This document shows positions 31,186-43,890 of a stretch of 64,000 nucleotides of DNA, in pieces. Numbering within the stretch: the first letter of the stretch is position 1; each line of letters begins with the position of its first letter. The notes beneath the pieces were generated by a model. The model did not search any database, was not told where the DNA came from, and worked only from the letters and a program-made list of their open reading frames with translations. Made by a program: the position numbers and the translations under genes. This stretch comes from Candidatus Eiseniibacteriota bacterium (lineage in GTDB: Bacteria; Eisenbacteria; RBG-16-71-46; CAVPCR01). The stretch is taken from positions 352,001 through 416,000 of the forward strand of contig CAVPCR010000001.1 in NCBI GenBank assembly GCA_963702435.1. Reading direction: 5' to 3'.

Positions 31186-32721
31186 TTACAATCCTCCAGC
31201 AGATTTCCGCTCCGCGTCGTAGCGGCCCCAGTCGAGGCGGTAGAGCGTGTAGGCGATGGGCGCCGGCGAGCGCACGCCGAGCCCCTCGATCCGGCACCAC
31301 TGGACCGGCTCGAGCGCGCCGCCGAAGGCGCCGGCGAGCCGCTCCGGCTCGGGGTGGCGATCCACGAGATAGGCGGGGCGCACGATGTCGGCGAAGAGGA
31401 GCCCGGCGGCGATGTCCTCGATCGGATGCGCGTTCACGAGCGGCAGCAGCTCGGGCGTGACGAGACCTGCCAGATCGATCACGCGCCGCTCCGAGTAGTA
31501 GCCGAAGGCGCCGATGTCGGCGATCGCGATCGCGGTCCCGGGCGGGGTGTTCTCGCGACACCAGCGGCCGAGTCCGCCCAGGCAATCCTCGACCCCGCTG
31601 CTGAACGTGTGCGTATGCGGGTAGACGACGCGGGCGAGGACCGCCGCGTTCTGGATCACGACGAGCGCGGCGAGGAGCGACGCCGCGCGGGCGAGCGTGC
31701 GCTCGCCGCGGAGCAGCACGCCGAGCGCCATGAAGCCGTAGAGGACGACGACCGGGATGAGCGGCAGCGCGTAGCGCGAGAGCACGTCGAATCCGGTTGC
31801 CAGATAGAGGAGCGGGAGGCCGGCGAGCCAGAGGAGCGCCGGACCGTGGCGGCGGAGCGCGAGCCGATCCGCCCCGCGGCGGGCCGCGACCGCCGTGCGA
31901 TCGACCTGCCGGCGGCCGCTGATCGCGAGCGCGACGAGTCCCGCGACGACGAGGAGCGCCTCGATCCCGCTCGTCGTCGCGACCGCGCGGGCGACATCAC
32001 GGAGGGGATCGAGGTCGAGTCCCGCGAGCGCGAGGCGACCCTTGGCCTCCGCGGTCTCGGGGACGATCGTCCCGAAGGTGCGGAGCGCATAGGCGAACCA
32101 CGGGACGAGCACGAGCGCGGCGAGGATGCCGCCGGCCACCGCGCGCCGGCGCGCGCGGGCGCCGCCCGCCAGGAGCTCGCAGCCGAGCGCGAAGGCGAGG
32201 AGAAGCCCCGACTCGGGCCGGACGAGGACCGCGAGCGCGAAGAGCACCGCAGCCAGCGGTCGTTTCCGGTCGTCCTCGACCTCTGTCGCATGGCGCGCGA
32301 GTCCGGCCACGAGGAGCGCCACCGCGAGCGCCGTCTCCATGGCCGCCGCGCTCCAGCGGATGAGCCAGGCATTGGCCGCGAAGGCGAGGGTCGCCGGACC
32401 GGCGAGGGCGAATGCGAGGCGCCGCCGCGCGAGGACGGCGAAGGCGATGACCGCCGCCGAACCGGCGGCGAACGCGATCGCCTTGGCGGCGAAGAGCCCG
32501 GGGATCCCGAGCGCGGCCGGCACGGCCAGGATGAGGACCCAGAGGATCGAGGTGAAGCCGTAGACCGGTTCACCCGGGTTGAACGAAAGACCGGCCCCGC
32601 GCGCCAGGTTCAGGGCGTAGCGGAGGAAGATGAAGGTGTCGTCGGTCCGGTATTCGACGAACGGCAGCGCGAGCGCCGCGAAGAGGACGAGCGCAAGCAG
32701 CGTGGCTTGCCGACGCACCAT
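31186..32721 (-). CDS. polytopic membrane GT-C-type glycosyltransferase-like protein
   Basis: DDTFIFLRYALNL..G.GL.FNPGE.VYGFTS, LVRPE, DIGAFGYY..IDLAGL. Confidence 0.7.
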   Translation of the reverse strand: MVRRQATLLALVLFAALALPFVEYRTDDTFIFLRYALNLARGAGLSFNPGEPVYGFTSILWVLILAVPAALGIPGLFAAKAIAFAAGSAAVIAFAVLARRRLAFALAGPATLAFAANAWLIRWSAAAMETALAVALLVAGLARHATEVEDDRKRPLAAVLFALAVLVRPESGLLLAFALGCELLAGGARARRRAVAGGILAALVLVPWFAYALRTFGTIVPETAEAKGRLALAGLDLDPLRDVARAVATTSGIEALLVVAGLVALAISGRRQVDRTAVAARRGADRLALRRHGPALLWLAGLPLLYLATGFDVLSRYALPLIPVVVLYGFMALGVLLRGERTLARAASLLAALVVIQNAAVLARVVYPHTHTFSSGVEDCLGGLGRWCRENTPPGTAIAIADIGAFGYYSERRVIDLAGLVTPELLPLVNAHPIEDIAAGLLFADIVRPAYLVDRHPEPERLAGAFGGALEPVQWCRIEGLGVRSPAPIAYTLYRLDWGRYDAERKSAGGL

Positions 32722-32802
32722 GAAGCGGCTCCGACTCCTTCGCAGCGACCCGGGTTCTCTACGCGCCCGCTCGACGCATCGCGTTCCCTGCCGCGCGCGG
32801 CG

Positions 32803-34008
<1,206 letters not shown>

Positions 34009-34067
34009 GGCGAGATCCCTCCCCTCGGTTCAGCGGGCGCGATGCCGCGGCCTGGACGGACCCGGGC

Positions 34068-35453
34068 CTAGACGGCCACGTATTCGATCAGGTCGAAGCG
34101 CGTGAGAATGCCGCGGAGCTGCCCGGCGTCTTCGACCAGGACCGCGTTCCGATCGGCGAGGAGCCGGATGGCCTGATCCACCGACTCCTTCGCATCCACG
34201 CGACCGAGCGGCGGATGCATGATCTTCGCGACCGGGACCTCGAGCGCCCGCGCATCCTCGAGCACGCTCGACATGATGGCCGCCTCCTCGGCGCTCCCCA
34301 CCACCTCGCCGCCCCGCTTCACCGGCACCTGCGAGATGTTGTAGCGGCGGATGAGCGCGAGCGCGTTCCGGATCGGCTCCGAGTCCTCGATCGCGACGAG
34401 CGCCGGGAGGTCCTTCGACTTCCTGCGGAGCACGTCGCCGACGCGCACGAATTGCGTGTCGAGGAGCCGATTGTCGCGCATCCACTCCTCCGAATGCACC
34501 TTGGAGAGATAGCGCTCACCGGTGTCCGGCAGGAGGACGACGATCACGTGGCGCTCGTCGAGCTCGCGGGCCACCGTGAGCGCGGCGGTGATCGCGGCCC
34601 CGCCCGAGCTCCCGATCAGGATCCCTTCCTCGCGCGAGACCCGCCGGGCCCAGTTGTAGGCCTCGTGGTCGGTGGTCTTGATGATGCGGTCGATCTGGTC
34701 CCAGAGGGTCGCCGTCGGGATGATGTCCTCGCCGATGCCCTCGGTCTTGTAGGTGCGGGCCTCGCCCATCTTCTTCGTGTAGAAGTACTCGGCGAGGATC
34801 GAGCCGACCGGATCGGCGCCCACGACCTGGACGCGCGGGTTCTTCTCCTTGAGGTAGCGGCCGGTCCCGGAGATCGTGCCCCCGGTCCCCATGCCCCCCA
34901 CGAAGACGTCCACCTGGCCGCCGGTCTGCTCCCAGACCTCGGGGCCGGTCGTCAGGTAGTGGGCCTCGGGGTTGTCCGGGTTGAAGTACTGGTTCGAGTG
35001 GAAGGCCCCCGGGATCTCCCGGGCGAGGCGCTTCGCCACCTCGTAGTAGCTCTCGGGATGGTCGGGCGGCACCGCCGTCGGCGTGACGATCACCTCGGCC
35101 CCGTAGGCCTTGATGAGGTTGATCTTCTCCTGGCTCATCTTGTCCGGCATGGTCACGATGAGCCGGTAGCCGCGGGTGGCGGCCACGAGCGCGAGCCCGA
35201 CCCCGGTGTTGCCCGATGTGCACTCGACGATCGTGCCGCCGGGCTTCAAGAGACCCTTCTTCTCGGCGGCGTTGATCATCGCGAAGCCGATGCGGTCCTT
35301 GACGCTGCCGCCCGGGTTGAAGGACTCGACCTTGGCCAGCACGAGCGGCTTGAGCCCCCGGGTGATCTTGTTCAACCGCACGAGCGGGGTGCGCCCGATG
35401 GTCTCGACGATGTCCTTCGCGTACTGGATGCCCCGGTCCCCTTCGACCCGCAT
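34068..35453 (-). CDS. cbs: cystathionine beta-synthase with C-terminal CBS domains
   Basis: NPGGSVKDRIG, TSGNTG, GMGTGGT, PDTGERYLSK, CBS pair. Confidence 0.9.
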   Translation of the reverse strand: MRVEGDRGIQYAKDIVETIGRTPLVRLNKITRGLKPLVLAKVESFNPGGSVKDRIGFAMINAAEKKGLLKPGGTIVECTSGNTGVGLALVAATRGYRLIVTMPDKMSQEKINLIKAYGAEVIVTPTAVPPDHPESYYEVAKRLAREIPGAFHSNQYFNPDNPEAHYLTTGPEVWEQTGGQVDVFVGGMGTGGTISGTGRYLKEKNPRVQVVGADPVGSILAEYFYTKKMGEARTYKTEGIGEDIIPTATLWDQIDRIIKTTDHEAYNWARRVSREEGILIGSSGGAAITAALTVARELDERHVIVVLLPDTGERYLSKVHSEEWMRDNRLLDTQFVRVGDVLRRKSKDLPALVAIEDSEPIRNALALIRRYNISQVPVKRGGEVVGSAEEAAIMSSVLEDARALEVPVAKIMHPPLGRVDAKESVDQAIRLLADRNAVLVEDAGQLRGILTRFDLIEYVAV

Positions 35454-35594
35454 GAGCTGTTTCCTCCCGGAGCCGGGACTCCTCTAGTGAGCCGGACGGC
35501 GGGCGGGAGCGGCGCGCTGCCGCCCTCCACCCGCAGGATGACTTGTGCTGGAAGCGCTCGGCGAGGGCATCATGACAGACGGACCGATCGGCGC

Positions 35595-36587
35595 CTACTC
35601 GATGGCGTTCCGCGGATCTTCCGGTTCCGCCGGCGGGGTGACCGTCTCCGGCTTCCCGAGCGCCTTCTTCAGGGCCGCGAGCTCCCTGGCGATCCGCGGC
35701 TCCTCCCCGATCTTCTTGACATCGAGGGCCACGGCCTCGCCGCTGTAGGACACGATCTTGTTCTCGGGGCTCAGGACGATCTTGGTCTCCCCCATGTATT
35801 GCCCGCGCTGGCCGGGACGGACCGTGACCGCGCCCTCGACCTGGGTCGGCGCCACCGTCCCGGGGTAGTGACCGAAGACGACGACGTCGATCCCCTTGAC
35901 CGACTTCGGGAGCTGGAAGGCGTCGGCCGAGCCGAGGTGGGCCAGCACGACGACGAGGTCGGCCTGCTTGCGCACCTCGGGGATGACCTTGGCCGCCACC
36001 TCGAACGGATCGTCCACCGTGAAGCCCAGTCCGATGAGCTTCTCCTTGCCCTCGCCGAAGTCCTGCCCGATGAGGCCGATGATGCCGTAGGTGACATCCC
36101 CGACCTTGGTGAGGATGTACGGCTCGCCGATGGAGGCTCTGGTCGCCGTGAAGCGGGCGTTGGCGACCGTGACCGGGATCCGGGTCGAGTCGAGGATGGC
36201 CTGGACGTACTTGGCGCCGCGATAGAGCTCGAGCTCCCCGAGCGTCATCGCGTCATAGCGCATCTGGTCCATGGCCCTGAGGATGAACCAGTTCTCCTGC
36301 TCTTCGTGCGTCAGCGTGGGATGCGCGTAATCGCCCGCGTCGACGAGGAGCAGGCCTCCCCGGGCCTTGCGCAGCGAATCGATCAGGGCAGCCCTCCGGG
36401 CCAGCCCACCCTTCTGGGTCTTGTGTCAGCCGCAGGGGTCGACCTCGCCCCGGTTCGAGGTCGAGGAGAGGATGGTCAGCTCGAGATCCTTGGCCCGCTT
36501 CGCGGCGTCCGCCGAGACGAGCCCGGCCCCGAGGAGCGCGAGGGCGAGGAAGAGGGAGCCGATTCGCAGGCGGTGGTCGTACCGCAT
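35595..36587 (-). CDS. UshA/5'-nucleotidase-like selenoprotein (in-frame UGA at 36428-36426 probably read as Sec)
   Basis: signal peptide...SNRGEVDPCG-UGA-HKTQKGGLARR...LLVDAGD...YDAMTLGE..LAH..GH in one frame; SECIS-like hairpin downstream. Confidence 0.8.
36386..36407 (-). promoter_or_regulatory. putative bacterial SECIS hairpin
   Basis: GGGCUGGCCC-GGA-GGGCUGCCC with a bulged U; apical loop starts with G, 28 nt after the UGA. Confidence 0.6.
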
Positions 36588-36698
36588 CACCGTGGTGGAG
36601 CCTCCCGGCGCACGCCGGCGCCGTTCGATGGGCCTGGGGAGCCATCCGAGCCGGAAAAATCTACCGGCCGCGGTGGAGAGGGGCAACTGCAAAGGCGG

Positions 36699-36800
36699 GC
36701 GCGGAGCCCGGCCCCGGGCGAGGCGCGGAGCCCGGCCCCGGGCGAGGCCGGAGCGCGGCCCCGGGCGAGGCCGGAGCGCGGCCGGAGCGCGGCCGGGGCC
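36699..36800. repeat. GC-rich ~24-bp intergenic tandem repeat
   Basis: GGAGC(C/G)CGGCCCCGGGCGAGGC x3 plus partial copies. Confidence 0.6.
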
Positions 36801-37054
36801 TCTCCGGCCCGGTGATGCGCCGCAACCGCCATCCAGTCTCCTTCCAGTCTACGGTCGGCCCGCGGGGCTCACGGTCAAAGCTGGGTAAAAGGACCGCCAT
36901 GGGAAAGGCGGGGCGGGACAGGGCGGGAGAGAGCGGGAGCACGTTCCGCTCGGCGGCGGATGCCGCTCCGGCGGGCGCCGCCGGAAACGGCGCGGGAGCC
37001 GGTGCCTCGTCGGCACTCCGGCTCCCGCTCATCTCGGGGAGAGAAGACCTCGGG

Positions 37055-37360
37055 CTAGCCCTTCTTCACCTTGATGCGAACGCGCTCCTTGAGCGCCCGG
37101 CCCGGATGGAAGGCCGGGTAGCGGCTGGCCGCGATCTCGATCGACTCGCCCGTCTGCGGGTTCCGTCCGGTGCGGGCCTTGCGCTTGCGCGTCTCGAACG
37201 AGCCGAAGCCCGTGATCTGCACCTTGCGGCTCGCAGCGAGCTCGGAGGAGATGATGCCGCGTTTGTCGGTCGAGAAGATGGCATCCACGGTGGCGCGGGC
37301 ATCCTTGAGGCTCATGCCGACGCGCTCGGCGACGGCCTGGGTGAGCTCGGTCTTGTTCAT
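37055..37360 (-). CDS. hup: HU family DNA-binding protein
   Basis: MNKTEL...VQITGFGSFE..RKARTGRNPQTGE; GGAGG RBS. Confidence 0.93.
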   Translation of the reverse strand: MNKTELTQAVAERVGMSLKDARATVDAIFSTDKRGIISSELAASRKVQITGFGSFETRKRKARTGRNPQTGESIEIAASRYPAFHPGRALKERVRIKVKKG

Positions 37361-37735
37361 TGAGGCACCCCCTCCTTGGGGACACGGTGCGACATCCTCG
37401 TGCGCAGCGCGAGAGGAAGGCCGCGATACGGGATGTCCTTCCGTCTGCGGGGCAAAATATCCAGTACCCGAGCAGCGTGTCAACGGGAAAAGCGCGAGAA
37501 ACGCTGCCCGGGCGCAGCTTTCTTCGGATGGGAGCGAGACATCGCGGCGCGCGGCGCAGATGATCGCGCGGCATGGCGCCGTGCGTGGCGTAACGACGGG
37601 GCGAAGGCTCGCCCCGGCGCAGCGGCCGGCGGCGACCGGGGGAAGCGCGGCGGCGGGTGACCGTGGCCGGAAACAACGCCGCGGCGAGGCCGGCAGAGCC
37701 GCGCAGGGACGGGCAGAGGTCGCGGCGGCAGGCGC

Positions 37736-40700
37736 CTAGTAGAACCGCGGCAGTCCGGTCCGGTCGCGACCGCGCTCGTAGAAGATCTCCTGCAGGTCGC
37801 GGATGGCGATCCGGAAGTAGTACTCCCAGTTCCCCACCTCGTAGGAGCGGCGGAACTGCGCCTCCCAGCAATGGAGATCGCGGATCAGGCTGTAGCTCTG
37901 CGCGACCACCTCCCGATCCATGAGGTCGTAGCGCAGGCGGTACTCGAGACGCCAGTTGGGCGTGACCCTGAAAGCGGTGTCGAAGGTGCCCTGCAGGCTC
38001 TTGTCGCCGCCGCCGCCCCCGGCGTAGGCGAGCGTGCCGCCGCACACGAAGGCGCGCGGGAAGAGATCGCCGGGAACCGCCGTGGCGCCGTACGGGCGGG
38101 TCTCCGGCGCATCGCCCTCGCCGTTTCCCGCCCCGCCACCCAATCCGCTCGGATCGCCGCCGAAGAGCCCCCCCCCCCGGATGTGCCCTCGCTCCCGCCG
38201 GGGGGCGCTCCCGGGACCGTGCCGGCAGGCGCTGCGGGGCCGTGCCCCGCCCGGGTGTAGGTGATCCGCGCGGCCACGTCGTACCTGGTCGTGCGCCGCT
38301 CGTAGGGATCGAATGTCGTCGCGTAGGTCACCTCGAAGTCGCGCCCGATGCCGGGACGAAGACGCGCATCGGCTCGAATCGGCGTGAAGCGCTCCGCGGA
38401 TTCGTTGGAGACATCGAAAGTTGAGTTGAGATTGAACGTGAGGAAGTCGCGCACCACGCGGAGCTTCCCCTCGGGGCCGCCGGGGAGCCGGGTCTCGAAG
38501 CGGTTCTGGAGCCCGAGCGCAAGGGCCGAGGAGGCACGACCCACGGCCACGTTCTCGCGAGAGTCGAAGCGCTTGCCGAAGGCGAGGGCCGCGCTCGGGG
38601 TGAGCACGTGGCGGAACCCGTTGAAGGGACCGACGGGACGCCCGAAGGTCCCGTAGAGCTCGGTGCGGAGCCCGAGGCCCGCCGACATCTGCCCGCGAAC
38701 GATGTCGCTCTCCCCGCGCCGGATGACGCCGGTGGTGTCGATCCCGAGGTCGAGGTACTCGTCCCAGTTCGAGCTCACCGAGAAGGCCGGGGTCAGGGTC
38801 AGCGCGCCGGCGCGCCGGCCGTCCGAGACGCTGGCTCGCCAGGCGGCCGTCTGCAGGTAGTCGCTCCCCGCCCGCCGGGAGTCGTAGCCGCGCCGGTAGT
38901 CCCCGGAGAAGGAGTAGTTCGTGCTCGACAGGACCGGCCAGCGACCGCCCCGCCCCTTGGCATCGGGGCGGCGGCCCAGCGGGCGGCTCTGGAAGCTGTA
39001 GGAAAGGCTCGGGAAGCTGCCCGTGATCGTGCCCTTGCCGGGCTGGGTCGTCCCCGCGATGTTCTGGAGATTCTGCGTCCGCTCGACCGTGATCCGCACG
39101 CTCTGGGTGGACCAGCTCTTCGCGAAGCTCACGTTCGAGCGGAGCTGGGTCTCGAAGCGGTCCTCGCCGGTCTGCCCCTGGTCGTTGACCCGGAACTCGC
39201 GGTCGGAGAGGAAGTCGAGGTTGGCCTGCAGGGTGCGGCGTTCGCCCAGGTCCTGACGGTGGCTGCCCCGCACGTCCCAGCGCTGCTCGCCCTGCCCGAA
39301 GCTCCACGCGGCGCGAGAGGTCCCGTTCAACCGGTAGCGCTGCGCGTAGTTGAAATCCAGGTTGCCGACCACATAGGGCGAGTACTCGGCGAAGTCTCCA
39401 TACAGCTTCACGTCGGCGTAGTCGTTGATGACGTAGTAGTAGCCTGCGTTGCGCACGAAGCGGCCGCGGGTGTCCGAGAAGCCGAACTCGATCTGCGGCA
39501 TCAGGATCCCGGAATGCCGCCCCCGCTTGATGGGGAAGATGTAGTACGGAAGGGCCATGAAGGGCACATTGCGGATGAAGAGCCCGACCGGGCGGGTGAC
39601 GACCTTGTCGTCCAGGTAGATCTTCATCTGGTGCCCGGTGAAGTGGTAGTGGGGCTCGGCGAGGTCGCACGTGGTGTAGGACGCGCCCTGCACATTGAAG
39701 ACCCCGTCCCCCGCCTTGTAGAGCTGGTCCCCGGTGTAGAGGCCCCGATCGAACTTGGTCTCGCCCTCGATCACCCGCCCCGAGCGAGTACTGAAGTCGT
39801 AGGCCATCTCGTCGCCCTTCATCTCCTGCTCCCCCTCGGAGAGGAGCGGCGAGCCCATGGCGAGGAGGGTGCGCTCGCGGACGGAGAAGCGCACCTTGTC
39901 CGCGGTCAGGTGCATCTTCTGGTGAAAGAGCTCGGCGTCGTTCTCGAGCAGGATCTCCTCGCGCTCGACCAGGAAGTCGATGCGAACGGCCTGGTAGCGG
40001 ACGCTCAGCGTCGTCGAGTCGGCAGGCGCCAGGGCGAGGCGGAGCGGCGCGGCGAGGGTGTCGGGGGCGGCGGCGGCGAGGGTGTCGGGGGCGGCGACGG
40101 CGAGGGTGTCGGGGGCGGCGACGGCGAGGGTGTCGGGGGCGGCGACGGCGAGGGTGTCGGGGGCGGCGGTCACGAGCGTGTCCTCGGCTGGAGCGGCGAC
40201 GGCGAGGGTGTCGGGGGCGGCGGTCACGAGCGTGTCCTCGGCTGGAGCGGCGGCGGCGTCCACGGCTCCGGCACTGGTGTCAGGAGCGGCCGCCGCGGCC
40301 AGCGAGTCCGCGATCGCGACGGCCGCCGAATCGGCGCGGCTCGCTGCGAGCGAGTCCGCCGCGGCCGCCTCTCGCTCCTTCGGCCGGTAGAAGTACTCCC
40401 CGGTCGCCTGCCCCTCGAGAACGACGCGCTCGGGCTTGCCGTCGCCGAGGGTCACCTGAAGTCGATCCCCGCGCGCGACGTTCTGCAGGGCTCCCGACTC
40501 GCGACGCTCGTCGGCTCCGGGCGTGTAGATGCTCTCGGCGTTGCCGGTGAGGTTCACGGTCCGGGCGGCGCCGTCCTCGAAATCGGCCATGAGGAGTTCG
40601 CCTGCGAGTTCCAGCTGCTCGCGGTCCTCGCCCGCCGCTCCACGGCTGTACGTGGCGCGCGCGTTCCCGTGCGCGGCGAGCCCGGCGATCTTCCCCCGGT

Positions 40701-41790
40701 CGAAGGTAAGGGTCAGCGTATCCCCAGTGACGAAGCCGTCGGCATCGCGCAGCGCCGGCGATCCGACGAGCACGGCTCGGTGATCGTCGCGGTAGAAGAC
40801 CGCGCTGTCCGCGGTGGCCTCCGCGTTCTCCTCGCGGACGACGACCTGGCCGCGCGCGATGACCTCCTTGCCCTCGCGGCGGAAGGCGAAGTCGCCGGCG
40901 GTGATGTTGACCGGCTTCCCCTCGTCCTCGAGGACGATCGAGGCGCGCTCGAGAAGCTTTAGGTCGCCGGTGCGCCGCCGGTACTCGGCCACGTCGCCGC
41001 GGAGGATCGCTTCCTCCTTCCCCGTCTGCTCGATCTCGACGTTGCCGAAGGCCATGGCTCGATCCTCGTCGAACCAGTAGACGAGGCTGTCCGAGCGCAC
41101 CCGGCGCTCGCGGTCCACGATGTCGACGCCGCCGCGCAGGCGGGCAACACGGCTCGGGCGCTCGTATGTGGCGCGGGGCGCACGAATGGTCAGGTCCTCG
41201 CGGGTGACGACGACGTTCCCGATGAGAGTGCCGAGCCCGGCGCGTACATCGAATGTGCCGTAGTCGCCCGTGATGGTCGTCAGCCCATCCACGATGCGGA
41301 CATCGCCGTCGACCGTGGCGTGCTGCGTGACGCGATCGTACCGGCCGACGCGGCCGGTGATGGTGGTCGCCCGGTGCTCGATGAGCACCGAGTCGATGAC
41401 GATGTAAGGAGTGCCGTCGATCGTGACGTGTCGGAGTCGCGAGCCGTTGATGCGCGTCGAGAGGGAGTCGTCGGGGTTGCCGCCCGGAAGGAGCGGCAGT
41501 GGCTGGCCGGGCGAGGGAGCGGCGGGCGGGGCGATGGGCGGCTGAGCATCGGCGGGCGATGTGTAGGGGAGTTCGAGGAGGGCGGCCACGACGAGGAGAG
41601 CGAGCGCGTGTGCGCGAGCGTGCGCGTGTGCGCGAGCGTGCGCGCGGGGGTGCGCGTGTGCGCGAGCGTGCGCGCGGGGGTGCGCTAGCGCGGCCGGGCG
41701 CGGCGACTCCCTGCGCATGGCAGCGGGCGCCGCGGCCAGACGCGGCGATGGTGCAGAACAGACCTGAATCGACCGGCGGAGTCGAGGCAT
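37736..41790 (-). CDS. lptD: large LptD-like LPS-assembly protein with multiple OstA-like domains; frameshift at a G11 run (38178-38168)
   Basis: YTTCDLAEPHYHF, RHSGILMP; the barrel end RDLHCWEAQF...YYFRI lies in another frame after the G run; start uncertain. Confidence 0.75.
40048..40260 (-). repeat. coding tandem repeat (AAPDTLAV units, 24 bp) in the LptD linker
   Basis: repeated GGCGAGGGTGTCGGGGGCGGCG on the + strand. Confidence 0.85.
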
Positions 41791-42785
41791 CAGCTCTCTG
41801 TCGGTTCCGTCCCGAGCGCGAGGAGGGCCGCCCCCAGCATACCGCCGCGGTCTCCCAGTTCCGCCGGAAGTATGACGACGCCGGCGGCCAGGGGCGGCAT
41901 GACGCGCGCCAGAGCCGTGACCCGAGCCGTATCAATGAGCACGTCGCCGGCGAGGGACACGCCGCCCCCCACGATCACCGCCTCCGGGTTGAGCGCCGAG
42001 ATCACATTGGCAATGGCTATTCCCAGGTGCCGCCCCAGCTCGGTGAACACCGCGATCGCCACCGGATCTCCCTGGCGCGCAGCCTCGCCTACCGAGCGCG
42101 CGGTCGCCTCGCCCGATGCCAGCGCCCGGGCGAGCCCGGGGTTCGGTGGACCGGGCGAGTCGGCGGCCAGTTCGAGCGCGCGGGCCACCACGTGGCTCGA
42201 ACGGAGGTAGGCCTCGACGCATCCGCGCGCCCCGCACGCGCAGGGCGGTCCGCCGTCCACGGCCAGCGCCATGTGCCCGAATTCGCCGGCGAAGCCCCGC
42301 CGGCCGTGCACGATGCGACCGCCGATCACGAGACCGCCGCCCACGCCCGTGCCGAGGGTCAGGAGCGCGACCGGATCCCGGCCGCGGCCCGCGCCGAGCG
42401 TCGCCTCGGCGAGCGTCGCCGCACTCGCATCGTTCTCGACGATCGCGGGGATCGCAAGTGCGGCGGAGAAGTCCTCCGCGCCGAGGAATCCTTCCCAACC
42501 GGGCAGATTGGGACAGGCCGTGAGCATCCCCGTGGCGTTGTCGACGAGCCCGGCGACGCCGACGCCGGCGGCGGCAGCTGCGCCAAGTGCGAGCCCCGCG
42601 TCCGCGCACATGGCGCGTGCGGCCTCCGCCGCCCGCGCCACGAGCTGCGCCGGCCCGTCGGCGGATAGGGTCGGGACGCGGCCCTCGGCGAGCACGCTCC
42701 GGTCGTGGGCGAGCGCCACGATCTTCGTGAAGGTGCCGCCGATATCGATCCCGAGCGCGAACGGCAAGACGACCACCTCCCTCAA
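41790..42785 (-). CDS. ROK family sugar kinase (glucokinase-like)
   Basis: GIDIGGT, ENDASAA, TLGTGVGGG, AGEFGH, CACGARGCVE. Confidence 0.92.
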   Translation of the reverse strand: MREVVVLPFALGIDIGGTFTKIVALAHDRSVLAEGRVPTLSADGPAQLVARAAEAARAMCADAGLALGAAAAAGVGVAGLVDNATGMLTACPNLPGWEGFLGAEDFSAALAIPAIVENDASAATLAEATLGAGRGRDPVALLTLGTGVGGGLVIGGRIVHGRRGFAGEFGHMALAVDGGPPCACGARGCVEAYLRSSHVVARALELAADSPGPPNPGLARALASGEATARSVGEAARQGDPVAIAVFTELGRHLGIAIANVISALNPEAVIVGGGVSLAGDVLIDTARVTALARVMPPLAAGVVILPAELGDRGGMLGAALLALGTEPTES

Positions 42786-42942
42786 GCCGCCGAGCCGTGG
42801 GTGAGCTCGGATCGCCCGCCTCTGATCCTGGCCGGGCCGCGGCCGGATGCTGGCCGGGAAAGATAACGCTAGACCCGCGCTTTTGCTAACCTCCCGCGCG
42901 GCGCCGGGCGTCCGGCGATCGAGTGAACCCAGGGAGGATCCG

Positions 42943-43890
42943 ATGAATCAGTGCGCCAGGGCGAATCAGCGGGCGAGGGTGCCGGCGAGGGTGCCGGCGG
43001 TGAGGGCGGCGGTCGCGGCGGTCGCGATGGGTGCGGCGGTCGTGATCGCGATCGTGACACCGTGGCTCACGGCAACGCCGGCATTCGCCGAAGATCCGGT
43101 GGAGAAGAAGCTCGGTTGGTTCGATTCAGCCGAACTCAGTTTCGTCTCGTCGAGCGGCAACTCGAACAGCACGACACTCGGATTCAGGAACGAGACCACA
43201 CGAGTCTGGAGCGATGCCGAGTTCATCGCCGAAGTCGGATCGGTCTACAGCCAATCGCGACCGAGCGAACGCTTCGGCGTCGGCGCGGCGGGCGAGGGCA
43301 ATTACTCGGTCGAGGAAGGGCCGAGCGAGACGGACACGAACCGGCTCTACGGCAAGGCGGGATACGGCCGCGACCTGAACCCCTTCCTCTTCTGGAACGT
43401 CGCCGGGGATGTCGTGAGCGATGAGCCCGCGGGAATCGACTATCGCTACACGGTGGGCGCCGGTCTCGGCAACAACTGGGTGCGCGGCGAACGCGTCAAG
43501 TTCCGGACGACCTACAACATCACCTATACCAACGAGAACTTCACGAACGGGGACAGCAAGGACTTCCCTGGTTTCCGCCTGGGCTACAACTACGAGAACA
43601 AGCTCACGCCGACCACGCTTTTCGAGAGCAATCTCGTATTCGACGACAGCTTCGACGATGTCGCCGACCATCGGACCAACTGGTACAACGGCGTCAGCGT
43701 GTCGATGACCAAGTTGATCGCCCTCAAGGTCGGATACCGCATCCTGTACCGGAACCTCCCGCCGCTCGAGGACATCACGATCTACGACGCGAATCCGTAC
43801 GATGGTACGGCCACCGAGGTGGGGACGGCCCAGGAGGAGAAGGACAACCTGGACACGAACTTCACGACGTCGCTCGTCTTCAACTTCTAG
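42943..43890 (+). CDS. DUF481-like outer-membrane beta-barrel protein
   Basis: GGAGG RBS; signal peptide; SSSGNSNSTTLG; terminal LVFNF. Confidence 0.75.
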   Translation: MNQCARANQRARVPARVPAVRAAVAAVAMGAAVVIAIVTPWLTATPAFAEDPVEKKLGWFDSAELSFVSSSGNSNSTTLGFRNETTRVWSDAEFIAEVGSVYSQSRPSERFGVGAAGEGNYSVEEGPSETDTNRLYGKAGYGRDLNPFLFWNVAGDVVSDEPAGIDYRYTVGAGLGNNWVRGERVKFRTTYNITYTNENFTNGDSKDFPGFRLGYNYENKLTPTTLFESNLVFDDSFDDVADHRTNWYNGVSVSMTKLIALKVGYRILYRNLPPLEDITIYDANPYDGTATEVGTAQEEKDNLDTNFTTSLVFNF

